DNA of 62,932 nucleotides, filler included, from Candidatus Fermentibacterota bacterium (GTDB lineage Bacteria; JAFGKV01): the NCBI GenBank assembly GCA_016928395.1. It is 6 parts of 6 records of this genome, joined end to end, with 100 filler letters (N's around TTAATTAATTAA, not from the genome) between each part and the next. Parts side by side here need not be neighbours in the genome. Positions count along the whole stretch, not along the records: positions 1 to 12,169 come from JAFGKV010000118.1; positions 12,270 to 21,474 come from JAFGKV010000119.1; 4 more parts are not named here. One strand, written 5' to 3'. Below, one piece after another: positions 8,743-18,615 of this stretch (its first letter is position 1; each line of letters starts with the position of its first letter). The notes beneath the pieces are model-generated. The model had not been told where the DNA came from, searched no databases, and saw only the letters and a list, made by a program, of their open reading frames with translations. Both the position numbers and the translations under genes were made by a program.

Positions 8743-10666
8743 ATGCGAGGGTTCATAGTCAGCGTAGTGGTGCTTGTGGTGTGCGGCATGGTGGACGTGG
8801 CGAGTTGCCAGCCGATGCTGGCCATTGAGTCGCCGGTTTCGTACTCGACCGGCCATTTCGGCTGGTGCGTCTCCGGGGGGGGCGATGTGGATGGTGACGG
8901 GTTCCTGGATCTGGTGGTCGGGGCGCCGAACCAGACGATCTCCCCGAACACACACGGAAGCGTGTATGTCCTGCGAGGACGGGACGGCAGCGTGCTCCAC
9001 GTCGTCCAGAGCCAGGGAACCGGCTACATAAACCACTACACAGGTCACGTAGCATCGTTCGCGGGCGACCCAAGCATCGATGGGTTCAGCGACTTCGCGA
9101 CCGACTTGACCTGGGCCGATGAGACGCCATCCGATCCAGGCCCGTGGGGATTTGCGATGCACGCCTATAGTGGGGAAACCGGACAGATGCTCTGGGGGGT
9201 GCGGGCTACGTTCGTGCGATAGGGCCAGTGGGCGACGTCAATGGAGACGGGTGCAACGACCTCCTAAGCTGTAACTTCCCGCCGCGGCACCGGAAGTTGC
9301 ACCACGTATCGTCCGGGCGGGCCCGGGGCCCCCACTCGTTGGAGGCGATGGGGTGGCTAAGGTCGGCAGTGGGACAAGCGGCGACTCTCTTCTCACGTTC
9401 TTTGGTGCTCATCCGGGTTTTGGGAAGTCGGTTTCGATTGCGGCAGACGCAAACGAGGATGGTCTGGAAGACCTGCTCGTGGGCGCCGGGGGATTGTACA
9501 CGGGATGCGCGGTGACGGGCGAAGCCTATGTGCTTAGCGCCTCAGACGGAGCAGTGCTTCTCACCCTGGCTTCGGCGAACCCCGAAAGCGCCGGCACGTT
9601 CGGGTATTCAGTCTCTGGAGAAGCGAATGCTGACGGGAGTGGGCCCCCCGATATTCTTGTGGGTGCCCCTCGGGAAGATGGCGGAGCTGTAGATGCCGGC
9701 AGAGTCTACCTGTTCAGCGGGAGCGACGCGAGCCTCGTGAACACGCTGCTGTCACCAACGTCGGAAGCCGGAGGCCAATTCGGGTTCTGCCTGGCATCCA
9801 TCGGCGACGTCAATGGGGACGGACTCGACGACATCCTGATCGGTGCACCGTACGAGGATGGCGGCGCCGTTGATGCGGGCCGAGCCTACGTGTTCAGCGG
9901 TACAGGGGCACTGCTCGCCACCCTCGAGTCCCCCGATCCCGAACCCGACGGCCTATTCGGGTACTCGCTCGATGGGCTCGGCGATACCAACGGCGACGGG
10001 AGCCCTGATTTCGCGATCGGCGCTCCGTACGAAGATGGCGGCGCTGTCGATGCAGGCAGGGTCTATGTCTACAGCGGGGGCACCGTACCGGTGGAACTGG
10101 CGGGCTTTGCGGCAGTGGCTCGCAACGGCCAGGTCTTGTTTGCCTGGTCGACGCTCTCCGAGACCGAGACCTTCGGGTTCCATGTGTATCGGGCAGGCAC
10201 CGCGACCCAGGACTACGCCCGGATCACGGCATCCATCATTCCCGGTGCCGGCACGAATTCCGTCCGGCACGACTACTCGTACACCGATGCGACTGTCCAG
10301 CCCGGGACCTGCCTCTACAAGCTGGCGGATGTGGACTTCGGCGGAACCCAGACCATGCACGGGCCGGTGAGCGTGACCGTGCTGCCGACGAGCTTCAGCT
10401 TGCTGGGCGCACATCCGAACCCGTTCAGCGAAACGACGACCCTGCGGCTCAACCTGCCGCAATCCGGCCACCTCTACGTCGTCATCCATAACATGGCCGG
10501 CGAGCTGGTGCGGAAGTTGGCAGACGGAGAGATGGGTGCGGGAGTGCAGGAGATCTCGTGGGACGGTCGAGGTGATGCAGGCAAGTCAGTAGCTCCGGGA
10601 ACGTACACCTGCCGAGCAGAGTCGGATGGCAGAATGCAGACCGCCAAGGTGGTGGTCACGAAATAG
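8743..10666 (+). pseudogene. FG-GAP repeat secreted protein with FlgD-Ig/T9SS-like C-terminal domain, split over three frames
   Basis: Signal peptide and GDVDGDG..DLVVGAP (8743-9222); GDVNGDG in a second frame (about 9198-9280); further FG-GAP repeats, PVELAGF linker and HPNPF..WDG in 9353-10666. Confidence 0.7.
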
Positions 10667-10695
10667 GCTGAGCTATGTACAACGGGAGGGCCGCA

Positions 10696-10769
10696 TCTCT
10701 GGAGGGCTGCGGTCCTCCGCGGCCGGCGTGAGCCACGATGCACGGACGCGACGAAGCGCGTCCCTCCAT
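10696..10769 (+). repeat. TGGAGGG...CCCTCCA palindromic REP-like doublet, copy 2
   Basis: Near-identical to 7673-7745. Confidence 0.8.
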
Positions 10770-10839
10770 GGCCCCCAAGATCACGGAGGACGAGACACCG
10801 CCGGGGAGTTGAGGGGGCACTCCTGTAGGAGCAGCTTGG

Positions 10840-11102
10840 CATTGTACAAGCGGCTTCAGCCGCGACCTCATGTCGGGCCTAAAGGCCCTCCTACACCGTG
10901 AGCGCGTGCAGCACCGCACGAGCGCTCTCTCATTGTACGAACGGCTTCAGCCGCGACCGCATGTCGAGCCGCATGTCGGGCCTGAAGGCCCTCCTACATC
11001 ATCGAATGCGTGCAATACCGCCCGAGCGCTCTCTCATTGTACGAGCGGCTTCAGCCGCGACCGCATGTCGAGCCGCATGTCGGGCCTGAAGGCCCTCCTA
11101 CA
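10840..11102. repeat. Tandem REP-doublet (REPIN/BIME-like) array, 3 units
   Basis: CATTGTAC..CGGCTTCAGCCGCGACC...TGTCGGGCCT.AAGGCCCTCCTACA starting at 10840, 10931 and 11035. Confidence 0.85.
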
Positions 11103-11129
11103 GCACAATCACAGCTCCGCGGAGTCGAA

Positions 11130-11333
11130 TCAGTCGTCCAGGACGAAGCTGACCTTCATGAAGACGCGGTACTCGACGATCTTGCCATCCTCGACGGTGA
11201 TCTTCTGGTCCTTAATCCAGGCGCCCTTCACATGGCGCAAGGTCTTGTTGGCCCGATCGACGCCAATGCGGACGGCATCCTCGAAGCTCTTCGTCGATGT
11301 CGCGCTGATCTCAGTGATTCTTGCGACTGCCAT
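11130..11333 (-). CDS. Dodecin-family protein
   Basis: MAVARITEISATSTKSFEDAV..G..RA.KTLR.VKGAW...EYRV.MKVSF; AAGGAGG RBS. Confidence 0.9.
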   Translation of the reverse strand: MAVARITEISATSTKSFEDAVRIGVDRANKTLRHVKGAWIKDQKITVEDGKIVEYRVFMKVSFVLDD

Positions 11334-11693
11334 GGATTCCCTCCTTCTGAGAGATAGATTCGCACCCGACACCTCGGGCACGGTGCACGCAAACTGGGGC
11401 AGTGCGTCACGAGTATGACGTCTCTCCCCCAAGCATCCCACGGGAGATGCCGATGGAGAACCCCGGATAGTGTCCATAATAGGCATTGAACGCCTCATGT
11501 GCAAACTCCGGCCCCGGCCAGTCGCTCCTTTTGTGCCGCGACGGGCCGAGCTACATTGACGACGGGTCATGCATCGCGTACGGCAGTGTGCCCCTCGGGT
11601 GCGACCCCCGGATGGATCTCGAAGACCCTGAGTAACTCGTGCGTCTAGGCACGTCACGCTCTGCATGGAGAGTCAGTGCACAGGGAGGATAGC

Positions 11694-12169
11694 ATGGCGC
11701 AAGAGAGGAAACTGACTCGACAGCGGCTGTCCGAACTCTGGGCGCGGGAGGATATTCCGATCCTGCCGCTGGCCGGGCGGCCCCTGGCCGTCCTCAGCGA
11801 CTTTCACTTGGGAAACGGCCACTGGGCCGATGACTTCCGCCACAATGAAGAGACCCTGTCCGCGGCCCTTACGCAGTACCAGCAGGACGGCTACTCGCTT
11901 ATCCTCCTAGGTGACATCGAGGAACTATGGCAGTTCGGCCTGACGGATGTTCTTGGCAGGTATGGGGAGACTATCTACGAACGACTCCGGGAATTTGGAC
12001 AGTTACGCATCCATCGCGTGTTCGGGAACCACGATATCGATTTGGCCTGGATGTCGGATCCTCTCTGGGAAACGACCGACCGACGACCTGCGCCCGAGGC
12101 CGTCAAACTGTCCGACGAGAAGGGAGTGCCGAGAATCCTGCTCGCCCACGGCCATCAAGGCAGTTTCGA
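11694..12169 (+). CDS. Calcineurin-like metallophosphoesterase (3' truncated)
   Basis: SDFHLG, LLGDIEELW, GNHD and HGHQ motifs. Confidence 0.85.
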
Positions 12170-12269
12170 NNNNNNNNNNNNNNNNNNNNNNNNNNNNNNN
12201 NNNNNNNNNNNNNTTAATTAATTAANNNNNNNNNNNNNNNNNNNNNNNNNNNNNNNNNNNNNNNNNNNN
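12170..12269. other. Artificial contig spacer
   Basis: N44-TTAATTAATTAA-N44. Confidence 0.99.
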
Positions 12270-12373
12270 GGTCAATGGGTGCTGTGTCTCATCACCTTAC
12301 GCTCCTGAGCCCTTGAGTCTACGCCCCACGAGATGGTTCTGGTTACTGCTGCGGCGGGCGCCGTCACGGCGGG

Positions 12374-14113
12374 GTGGGCTTCCGGCCCAACAGTCACCCG
12401 AAACCGAGTGTTCCAGAGAGAAGCCGTAGCGTGAGAACTCCACACGGCCGAGTACGCCGGCTTGTCGAAGAGATCGATGTGAGCCGGAGGGAAGTCACGC
12501 AGCGGTGCGTGGCTTTGGCAGTGGCCAGGATTCTGGTCGCGATGGTCCTTGCCGGTCTCGCCTATGCCCTGCCGGCTTTGTGGGCATGCCCGGGTGTCGG
12601 AGCGCCACCTTTACCCGCGGCCATCCCCCCGACCTTGGCCGCCTATCTGGGTTTCGGCGTTGTTGTGCTCCTCGTGGCTCTGCGATCCTCCGCCATGAAG
12701 CGGCTCAGCCAGCTGAGCGTCGGCGTTGATCTCATAGTGGTCACAGTGCTTGTTGCGTTGTCCGGCGGTACCGACAGCCAGCTTGTGCTCCTCTATATGC
12801 TTGTTATCGTGGGTGTGTCGGTTCTCTTGTCACCCATTAATGGCATGACGGCCGCCATTGCCAGCGTATCCATGTTGAGTCTGATATATCTTGCCCAGAG
12901 TGTCGGATGGGCAACTCGATGCGCCCCGCTGGGTGCAGGCCAGGGGAGCGTATTTCGCTTTGTTGCAGTCGTGTCGTTTCTCGTTCTTACCGCCTTTCTG
13001 GCCGGCTATCTTGCCTTGGCTGGCAGTCGCCTGAAGCTCCTCAATCTCGAGATTCTTGAGAGCATGAACGCAGGTGTGGCGATTGTGGATTTGGATGGTA
13101 ACGTGCAGTATTTGAACGTCATGGGGTTACGATTGCTGGGTCTTGAGGCGTCATCGGTGCGCGGGGAACCAGTGGACAGGGTACTTGCGGGACAGGCGGC
13201 GGAGGCGATCATGGCGACACTACGTACCGGCGTGCCTGTATCTCGTCGTGAGGTCTCCATAGCCAGTAACCACGGTGGTGCTATCCCTTCAGGGATCACC
13301 ACCTCTGTGCTTGGGGACCGGCGACGGCGTATCTGGGGAGTGGCAGCGACCTTCACCGATCTCACGGATGTGCGGAGAATGGAAGAACGACTGCGTCATG
13401 CAGACCGCATGGCGACCATTTCGCATTCGGCGGCCGGCATGAGTCATGAATTGCGCAATCCACTGGCGTGCATCCGCGGTGGCGTGGATCTTCTTTCCGA
13501 GATTCTTCCCAAAGACGAAGAAGCCTCGGAGGTGATGGATCTCATTGCCAGGGAGACCCAGAGGTTAAGCACTATCGTGGAGTCCTTTCTGGACGTCAGT
13601 CGAATCGATTCCCCGGTGTGTGAAGTACACTCCTTTGGGGAAATCTGGAGGGAGGTGGAGACGGTTCTTCGGGCAAGATTCGGGCAGGTTCTGGACAACA
13701 AGGTGCGGTTGACGCTGGCTCAAGGGTCAGAGGAGGTCGCCTTGTGGGCAGATCTCGGTCAGATGAGACAGGTTCTCATCAACTTGGTGCAGAACGCCAT
13801 CGAGGCCCTTGCGGATGGCGGCGGTATCCAGGTATCATGTCAGTATGCACGTGCAGTTGCCAAGGAGGGTTTGGGGCCTGGTACCGAGATTATCGTGCGC
13901 GATGATGGCCCGGGTGTGCCTCTTGGCGTAGGGCACCGAATCTTTGAGCCGTTCTACACGAGCAAGGCTCGTGGCACAGGCCTCGGGCTTGCCGTGGTCA
14001 AGCGAATCGTCGAAGGTCACAGCGGGGACGTGCGACTGCTGGCGGACCAGGAGCGTGGCAGTGCGTTCCGTATCTGGCTTCCCCTCAGGAACGGAGCCGT
14101 GACGACAACATAG
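12374..14113 (+). CDS. PilS-like PAS sensor histidine kinase (start uncertain)
   Basis: N-terminal TMs; PAS; SHELRNPL; NLVQNA; DDGPG; GTGLGL. Confidence 0.88.
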   Translation: MGFRPNSHPKPSVPERSRSVRTPHGRVRRLVEEIDVSRREVTQRCVALAVARILVAMVLAGLAYALPALWACPGVGAPPLPAAIPPTLAAYLGFGVVVLLVALRSSAMKRLSQLSVGVDLIVVTVLVALSGGTDSQLVLLYMLVIVGVSVLLSPINGMTAAIASVSMLSLIYLAQSVGWATRCAPLGAGQGSVFRFVAVVSFLVLTAFLAGYLALAGSRLKLLNLEILESMNAGVAIVDLDGNVQYLNVMGLRLLGLEASSVRGEPVDRVLAGQAAEAIMATLRTGVPVSRREVSIASNHGGAIPSGITTSVLGDRRRRIWGVAATFTDLTDVRRMEERLRHADRMATISHSAAGMSHELRNPLACIRGGVDLLSEILPKDEEASEVMDLIARETQRLSTIVESFLDVSRIDSPVCEVHSFGEIWREVETVLRARFGQVLDNKVRLTLAQGSEEVALWADLGQMRQVLINLVQNAIEALADGGGIQVSCQYARAVAKEGLGPGTEIIVRDDGPGVPLGVGHRIFEPFYTSKARGTGLGLAVVKRIVEGHSGDVRLLADQERGSAFRIWLPLRNGAVTTT

Positions 14114-14120
14114 GAGGAGC

Positions 14121-15218
14121 GTGGAAGTGGAACTGAACGTCAACACTTATCTCAGGCGATTGGTTGACGAGAATGCGTCCGACCTTCACTTCAAAGTAGG
14201 CACACCTCCGGTTCTGAGGGTGAACGGTCAACTGCTTATTCTCGAAGGGAACCGTTTGAGTCCGGCGGAAGTCGAACAGGTAGCCGTGTCGCTGCTTCCG
14301 GAGAGTAAGCGAACGCTCATGGAGGAGGGTCACGAGCTGGACGTGGCATACAGCGTCCCGGGTCTTGGACGGTTCCGCACGAATATCTACAAGCAGCGAG
14401 GGACGTTTGCCATTGCGATCCGTTACATCCCCTCCAGTGCGGAGCTGACCTTCGATGGACTCAACCTTCCGCCGGTGTTGCGGGATTTGGCCGATCAGCA
14501 GCGGGGGCTTGTACTCCTCACCGGGACCACCGGGAGCGGCAAATCAACGACGCTGGCGGCTATGATCCAGCATATCAATGCGACGCGCAAGGGTCACATT
14601 GTGACCATCGAGGACCCCATAGAGTTCCTCCACCGCGACAACAAGTGCATCATCAGCCAGCGGGAGCTTGGTGAGGACACGGCATCATTTTCGACGGCTC
14701 TGAAGTATGTCGTTCGCCAGGATCCCGATGTAATTCTGGTTGGCGAAATGCGGGATGTCGACACCGTGGCGTCGGTCATCCAGGCGGCAACCACCGGGCA
14801 TCTTGTCTTCAGTACTCTCCACACCACTGACACGGTCCAGACCATCAACAGGATTGTGAACTTCTTCCCGTCGCACCAGCATCAGCAGGTTCGCGTCGAT
14901 CTCGCCGCATGTCTCCGCGGGATTGTCGGGCTGCGTCTCCTGGCCCGCGCCGATGGTGCCGGGCGGGTGCCGGCAGTGGAGGTCATGGTATCGACGCCGA
15001 CAATTCGTGACCTCCTCCTGTCCGAGGAGAAGATGGAGAAGATCAAGGAAGCCATCGATCAGGGCAGCCTCCACTACGGTATGCAGACCTACGACCAAGC
15101 GCTCATCCGTCTCTATCGAGATGGGCTGATCCACTACGAAGAGGCGCTCAACAATGCCACCAGCCCTGGTGATCTTGCGCTGAAGATTCGCAGCGAGATG
15201 CCTGATCGCCGCAAGTAG
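14121..15218 (+). CDS. pilT: PilT/PilU type IV pilus retraction ATPase
   Basis: ASDLH, GTTGSGKST, TIEDPIE, RQDPDVILVGEMRD, STLHT, GMQT. Confidence 0.9.
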   Translation: MEVELNVNTYLRRLVDENASDLHFKVGTPPVLRVNGQLLILEGNRLSPAEVEQVAVSLLPESKRTLMEEGHELDVAYSVPGLGRFRTNIYKQRGTFAIAIRYIPSSAELTFDGLNLPPVLRDLADQQRGLVLLTGTTGSGKSTTLAAMIQHINATRKGHIVTIEDPIEFLHRDNKCIISQRELGEDTASFSTALKYVVRQDPDVILVGEMRDVDTVASVIQAATTGHLVFSTLHTTDTVQTINRIVNFFPSHQHQQVRVDLAACLRGIVGLRLLARADGAGRVPAVEVMVSTPTIRDLLLSEEKMEKIKEAIDQGSLHYGMQTYDQALIRLYRDGLIHYEEALNNATSPGDLALKIRSEMPDRRK

Positions 15219-15228
15219 GCGCGGGATC

Positions 15229-16599
15229 TTGGCCGAGATACACCTGCTGCTGGTTGATGATGAACCGGGCATTCGGGTGATGTACAGCAGGCTGCTGGCG
15301 CGATCGGGATACCGGGTGAGCGTCGCCGAGGACGGCCCACATGCGCTGGAGGAAATTCACAAGGATCCGCCGGAAGTGATGATCACCGATATCCGCATGC
15401 CCGGTATGAGCGGGCTGGAGCTTGTGCGCCGGGCGCGGGAGATCGATTCGACGCTCAAGGTCATCATCATCACCGCTCATGCAGACACCGAGTCCGCCAT
15501 TGAGGCGGTCAGTCTTGGCGCGTTTGGCTATGTAAGAAAACCCTTTAGCAAGCAGCAGCTCACGGATGCCTTGGATCGGGCCCTCACAATCCGGGAAGCA
15601 GAGCGTGTCACGGGCGTAGCAGAGCCGGAGACACCATGCGACTTCACCGGGATCGTGGGCCAAAGCGGGCCGCTGGAGCAAGTTTTCCGCATGGTTCGTC
15701 GCGTGGCGCCAACAGAGGCGACCATACTGCTCACCGGTGAAAGCGGGACAGGCAAAGAGCTTTTCGCCCGTGCCATTCATGCCAACAGCCAACGTGCATC
15801 GGGGAGGTTCGTCTCGATAAACTGCGGCGCGCTTCCCGAGGCCCTTCTCGAGAGTGAGCTCTTCGGGCATGTCCGTGGCTCATTCACGGGGGCGGTTCGA
15901 GACAAGGAGGGGTTGCTTCTCTATGCCGGAGGAGGCACGTTCTTCATGGATGAGATCGGCGATATGGCGCCCTCTACCCAGGTCAAGCTTCTCAGGGTGC
16001 TCGAGGAGCGCGAGGTGGTGCCTGTCGGGGGGACGAAGCCGCAGAAAGTTGATGTTCGAGTGCTGGTGGCGACCAATGTTGATCTTGATGAACGTGTCAA
16101 GCAGGGGCGATTCCGGGCAGATCTCTACTACAGGATCAATGTCATCCCGGTTCATATCCCCGCCCTGCGAAGCCGCAAGGACGATATTCCCATTCTCGTT
16201 GCACATCTGATTCAGAAGCATGTCCGGTCATCCGGGTTAGAGATGAAGGCCTTCTCCAGCGAGGCGATGGACAAACTGCGGTCCTATGAGTGGCCAGGGA
16301 ATGTCCGGGAGCTCGAGAATGTGGTGCAGCGGTGTCTTATGCTCGCCGACGGTCCCGTGATCGGCGCGGCGGATATCCCGCTGGCTGCCGATCATCAGGG
16401 AGAGTCCATGGGCCGCGAATCGCAGCGGTCGCCGGATGGCGTCGAGGATCTCACACTGGAAGAGCTGGAGAAGCGGCATATCCTCCAGGTGCTGGAGCGC
16501 ACGGGATGGCATCGAAAGAAGACGGCCAGCATTCTTGGGATCGATCCATCCACGCTCTACAGGAAACTCGATCGGTTCGGGATCAGTGCCGAGGAGTGA
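15229..16599 (+). CDS. Sigma54-dependent response regulator (PilR/NtrC family)
   Basis: REC domain; GESGTGKE; ESELFGH..GSFTGA; WPGNVREL; Fis-type HTH. Confidence 0.92.
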   Translation: MAEIHLLLVDDEPGIRVMYSRLLARSGYRVSVAEDGPHALEEIHKDPPEVMITDIRMPGMSGLELVRRAREIDSTLKVIIITAHADTESAIEAVSLGAFGYVRKPFSKQQLTDALDRALTIREAERVTGVAEPETPCDFTGIVGQSGPLEQVFRMVRRVAPTEATILLTGESGTGKELFARAIHANSQRASGRFVSINCGALPEALLESELFGHVRGSFTGAVRDKEGLLLYAGGGTFFMDEIGDMAPSTQVKLLRVLEEREVVPVGGTKPQKVDVRVLVATNVDLDERVKQGRFRADLYYRINVIPVHIPALRSRKDDIPILVAHLIQKHVRSSGLEMKAFSSEAMDKLRSYEWPGNVRELENVVQRCLMLADGPVIGAADIPLAADHQGESMGRESQRSPDGVEDLTLEELEKRHILQVLERTGWHRKKTASILGIDPSTLYRKLDRFGISAEE

Positions 16600-16975
16600 G
16601 GCCGTGTTCCTGTTGGTGCACCTTCGAGGTAAGTCCGCAGGTGTGGCTGTTGATCGAGTATCCGGGAGTGGCCTTCCGGCGTTCGGATGGTCAACTAGTT
16701 CGGCCGTGGAGTGTGATCAGCAGTAGTAGTGAAGGAGATGGTGGGTTGTCCGGGCAGTGAGCGAGCTCACCCGAGGACTAGATGCGGCGCGTCGGAGAGT
16801 CTATACACCTCGTGCTCCCGGAAGAGGCTGGCAGTGATGACATGCGTAGTCTTGTGCGGGGCGAGCTGTCTCCACGAGGGGCTGTCCGGGTCGACTTGAC
16901 CAGGGTTCACCGGTGACCCTTGGCGTCAAGACTTGACTATCCTGCGGTGTAGCCGTTCATTGTTTGTGCGCGCCA

Positions 16976-17111
16976 ACGGGATCCCTGCAACCCGAATACG
17001 TTGCTGTTTCGGTAGCCGGTGCTCGATCCCGGGAGACTTCGCGTAATCCGTGGGCGAACCACGCGGCAATCCTGGCGATGATCGGTCTGGCATGCTTCCT
17101 GAGGATCCCGT
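16976..17111 (+). ncRNA. Candidate structured RNA (rod-like; 6S-like RNA or leader)
   Basis: Nested pairs ACGGGAUCC/GGAUCCCGU, GCCGG/CUGGC, GAUC/GAUC, CCGGGA/UCCUGG; TTGACT upstream at 16933. Confidence 0.35.
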
Positions 17112-17159
17112 GCCAAGTCCGACGGTCACCTCTTTGTCTCTCTCAGGAGAACCAAGGCC

Positions 17160-17348
17160 ATGCCACTCTATGAATACCGCTGCACACAGTGTGGCGAGCA
17201 GTTTACCCGCTTGCGATCCATCGCAGACCGAACGCTTCCTTGCCCCTGTCCATCATGCCGGTCCGAGGAATCTGAACTGCTCATCTCTCGCGTGAGTGCA
17301 GGAGATGCCAGCTGCGGGGCAAAGAGCACAGGCTTTACCTGAGGGTAG
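17160..17348 (+). CDS. FmdB-family zinc-ribbon protein, probable C-terminal selenocysteine (GFT-U-G-stop)
   Basis: MPLYEYRC..C...CPSC; TGA 17340-42 then GGG TAG; SECIS-like hairpin 17343-17388. Ends at 17342 if TGA is a stop. Confidence 0.8.
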
Positions 17349-17440
17349 GAGAGGTCCCGGGTCCCGGGATCCCCAACCTTCTCCTGCCACTCGGCCACCG
17401 CACTTCCCGCTTTCTGAACGTTCGGTTGAGCCTATGTGGC

Positions 17441-17478
17441 ACATTCGAGCTATTCTAACAGTAGAATAGCTCGAATGT
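17441..17478. repeat. Perfect 17-bp inverted repeat
   Basis: ACATTCGAGCTATTCTA-ACAG-TAGAATAGCTCGAATGT. Confidence 0.8.
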
Positions 17479-18003
17479 CACCGCCTGGCCCCGGCAGATG
17501 CGGGCGGAGGCGCGGAGAGGACCTGCCATGGAATCGCTGATGGGGGCAGGTCGCAGGGTTCATCGGCGCGCGAGTTCACGCGCTGTGGCCGGGAGACAGT
17601 CTCGACCTCGAGCCGCTGGGGATTCCGTCTATGCGCGATGAGCCGTCGGTGTTGGCTGTGTTCATGAGTGCTGCCCTTCGCCGGTGACCACCGCGGCTCT
17701 GATCCGGTGTAGGACCAGGGGGTCACGCATCGGTGAGTTCTGTGTCGGGGGTCTGTGTGGCCGTCTCATCACAAAGACCAGAGTGCCAGTGGGCGCGGGG
17801 TTGAATGCGCTGTAGTGGCGGCTTGAAGCGCCACGCAGCTGCACCCTCCTCACCCTGGATGTCGCCAGGACCCGGCTCTCGCGACGAGTACCGGTCACCC
17901 GATAGGCAGTCGCGCCCGAGGGAGCTAACAAGCACCGCCGTCGGTATGCCTTGGGACGAGACGCCATCTTCGCGGGTCGGAAAGACGACGTGACGCGCCG
18001 GGG

Positions 18004-18549
18004 CTATATCGCCCCACAGGTGAAGAGAGTGACTTTGTTCACGAGGCGGTAGGCCGGAGCATAGGTCCGCCGATACGCGGGGGAATGGCTCACGGCGGGG
18101 AAGTTGGCCCCGCGGAGGTATCTCTCGGTGGCGTCGAGACCGTCGGGATCGGCGACCAGAAGGTGGCCCGCTTGAATCTGACGGCATAGCAGGGCCCATC
18201 CCTGATGCAGGAGGTCGATCCGCGGCGGGAATGCCCTTATGCAGGCCACAAATCCTTCCAGCACGGCGTGGGGGTCGACGCCGTGGGCCTTGGCTCCGGC
18301 CAGATGGAGGCGGAATAGGGGTGTATGGAGGGTGATGTCGTCGAGAAGGATCATCCCAGGATCCGTTTCGACGGCGGCGTACTCGGTACACAGTCGTTTC
18401 CGCAACGCATCGGCATCATCGGTCGCGTGGGCGGGTCCCATGCATGCCTGGTAGAGCAGCTTGTAGGTGTCGATGACACACCATGCCGGATACCGCGCGG
18501 CGTGGGTGCGCAGGAGTTCGAGGGTGCGTTGCCGCAGAGCGGAGGTCAT
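18004..18549 (-). CDS. Conserved hypothetical protein
   Basis: D.YKLLYQ..MGPAH and AVSHS..YR..Y.PAYRLV look like family motifs; function unknown. Confidence 0.7.
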   Translation of the reverse strand: MTSALRQRTLELLRTHAARYPAWCVIDTYKLLYQACMGPAHATDDADALRKRLCTEYAAVETDPGMILLDDITLHTPLFRLHLAGAKAHGVDPHAVLEGFVACIRAFPPRIDLLHQGWALLCRQIQAGHLLVADPDGLDATERYLRGANFPAVSHSPAYRRTYAPAYRLVNKVTLFTCGAI

Positions 18550-18615
18550 GGGGCGCCCGACACGATGGAGGCCCGGCTGGTCCCGAGTTGGGGGCGACGA
18601 AGCCTCGCCGGCCTC

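Noticed and set aside
10840-11102. Possible CRISPR array
   Set aside because: The intervening sequences resemble each other, the units are palindromic REP doublets with dispersed copies, and no cas genes are present.
12170-12269. TTAATTAATTAA palindrome inside N runs (five copies)
   Set aside because: Artificial six-frame stop linker; ORFs running into it are truncated, not biological.
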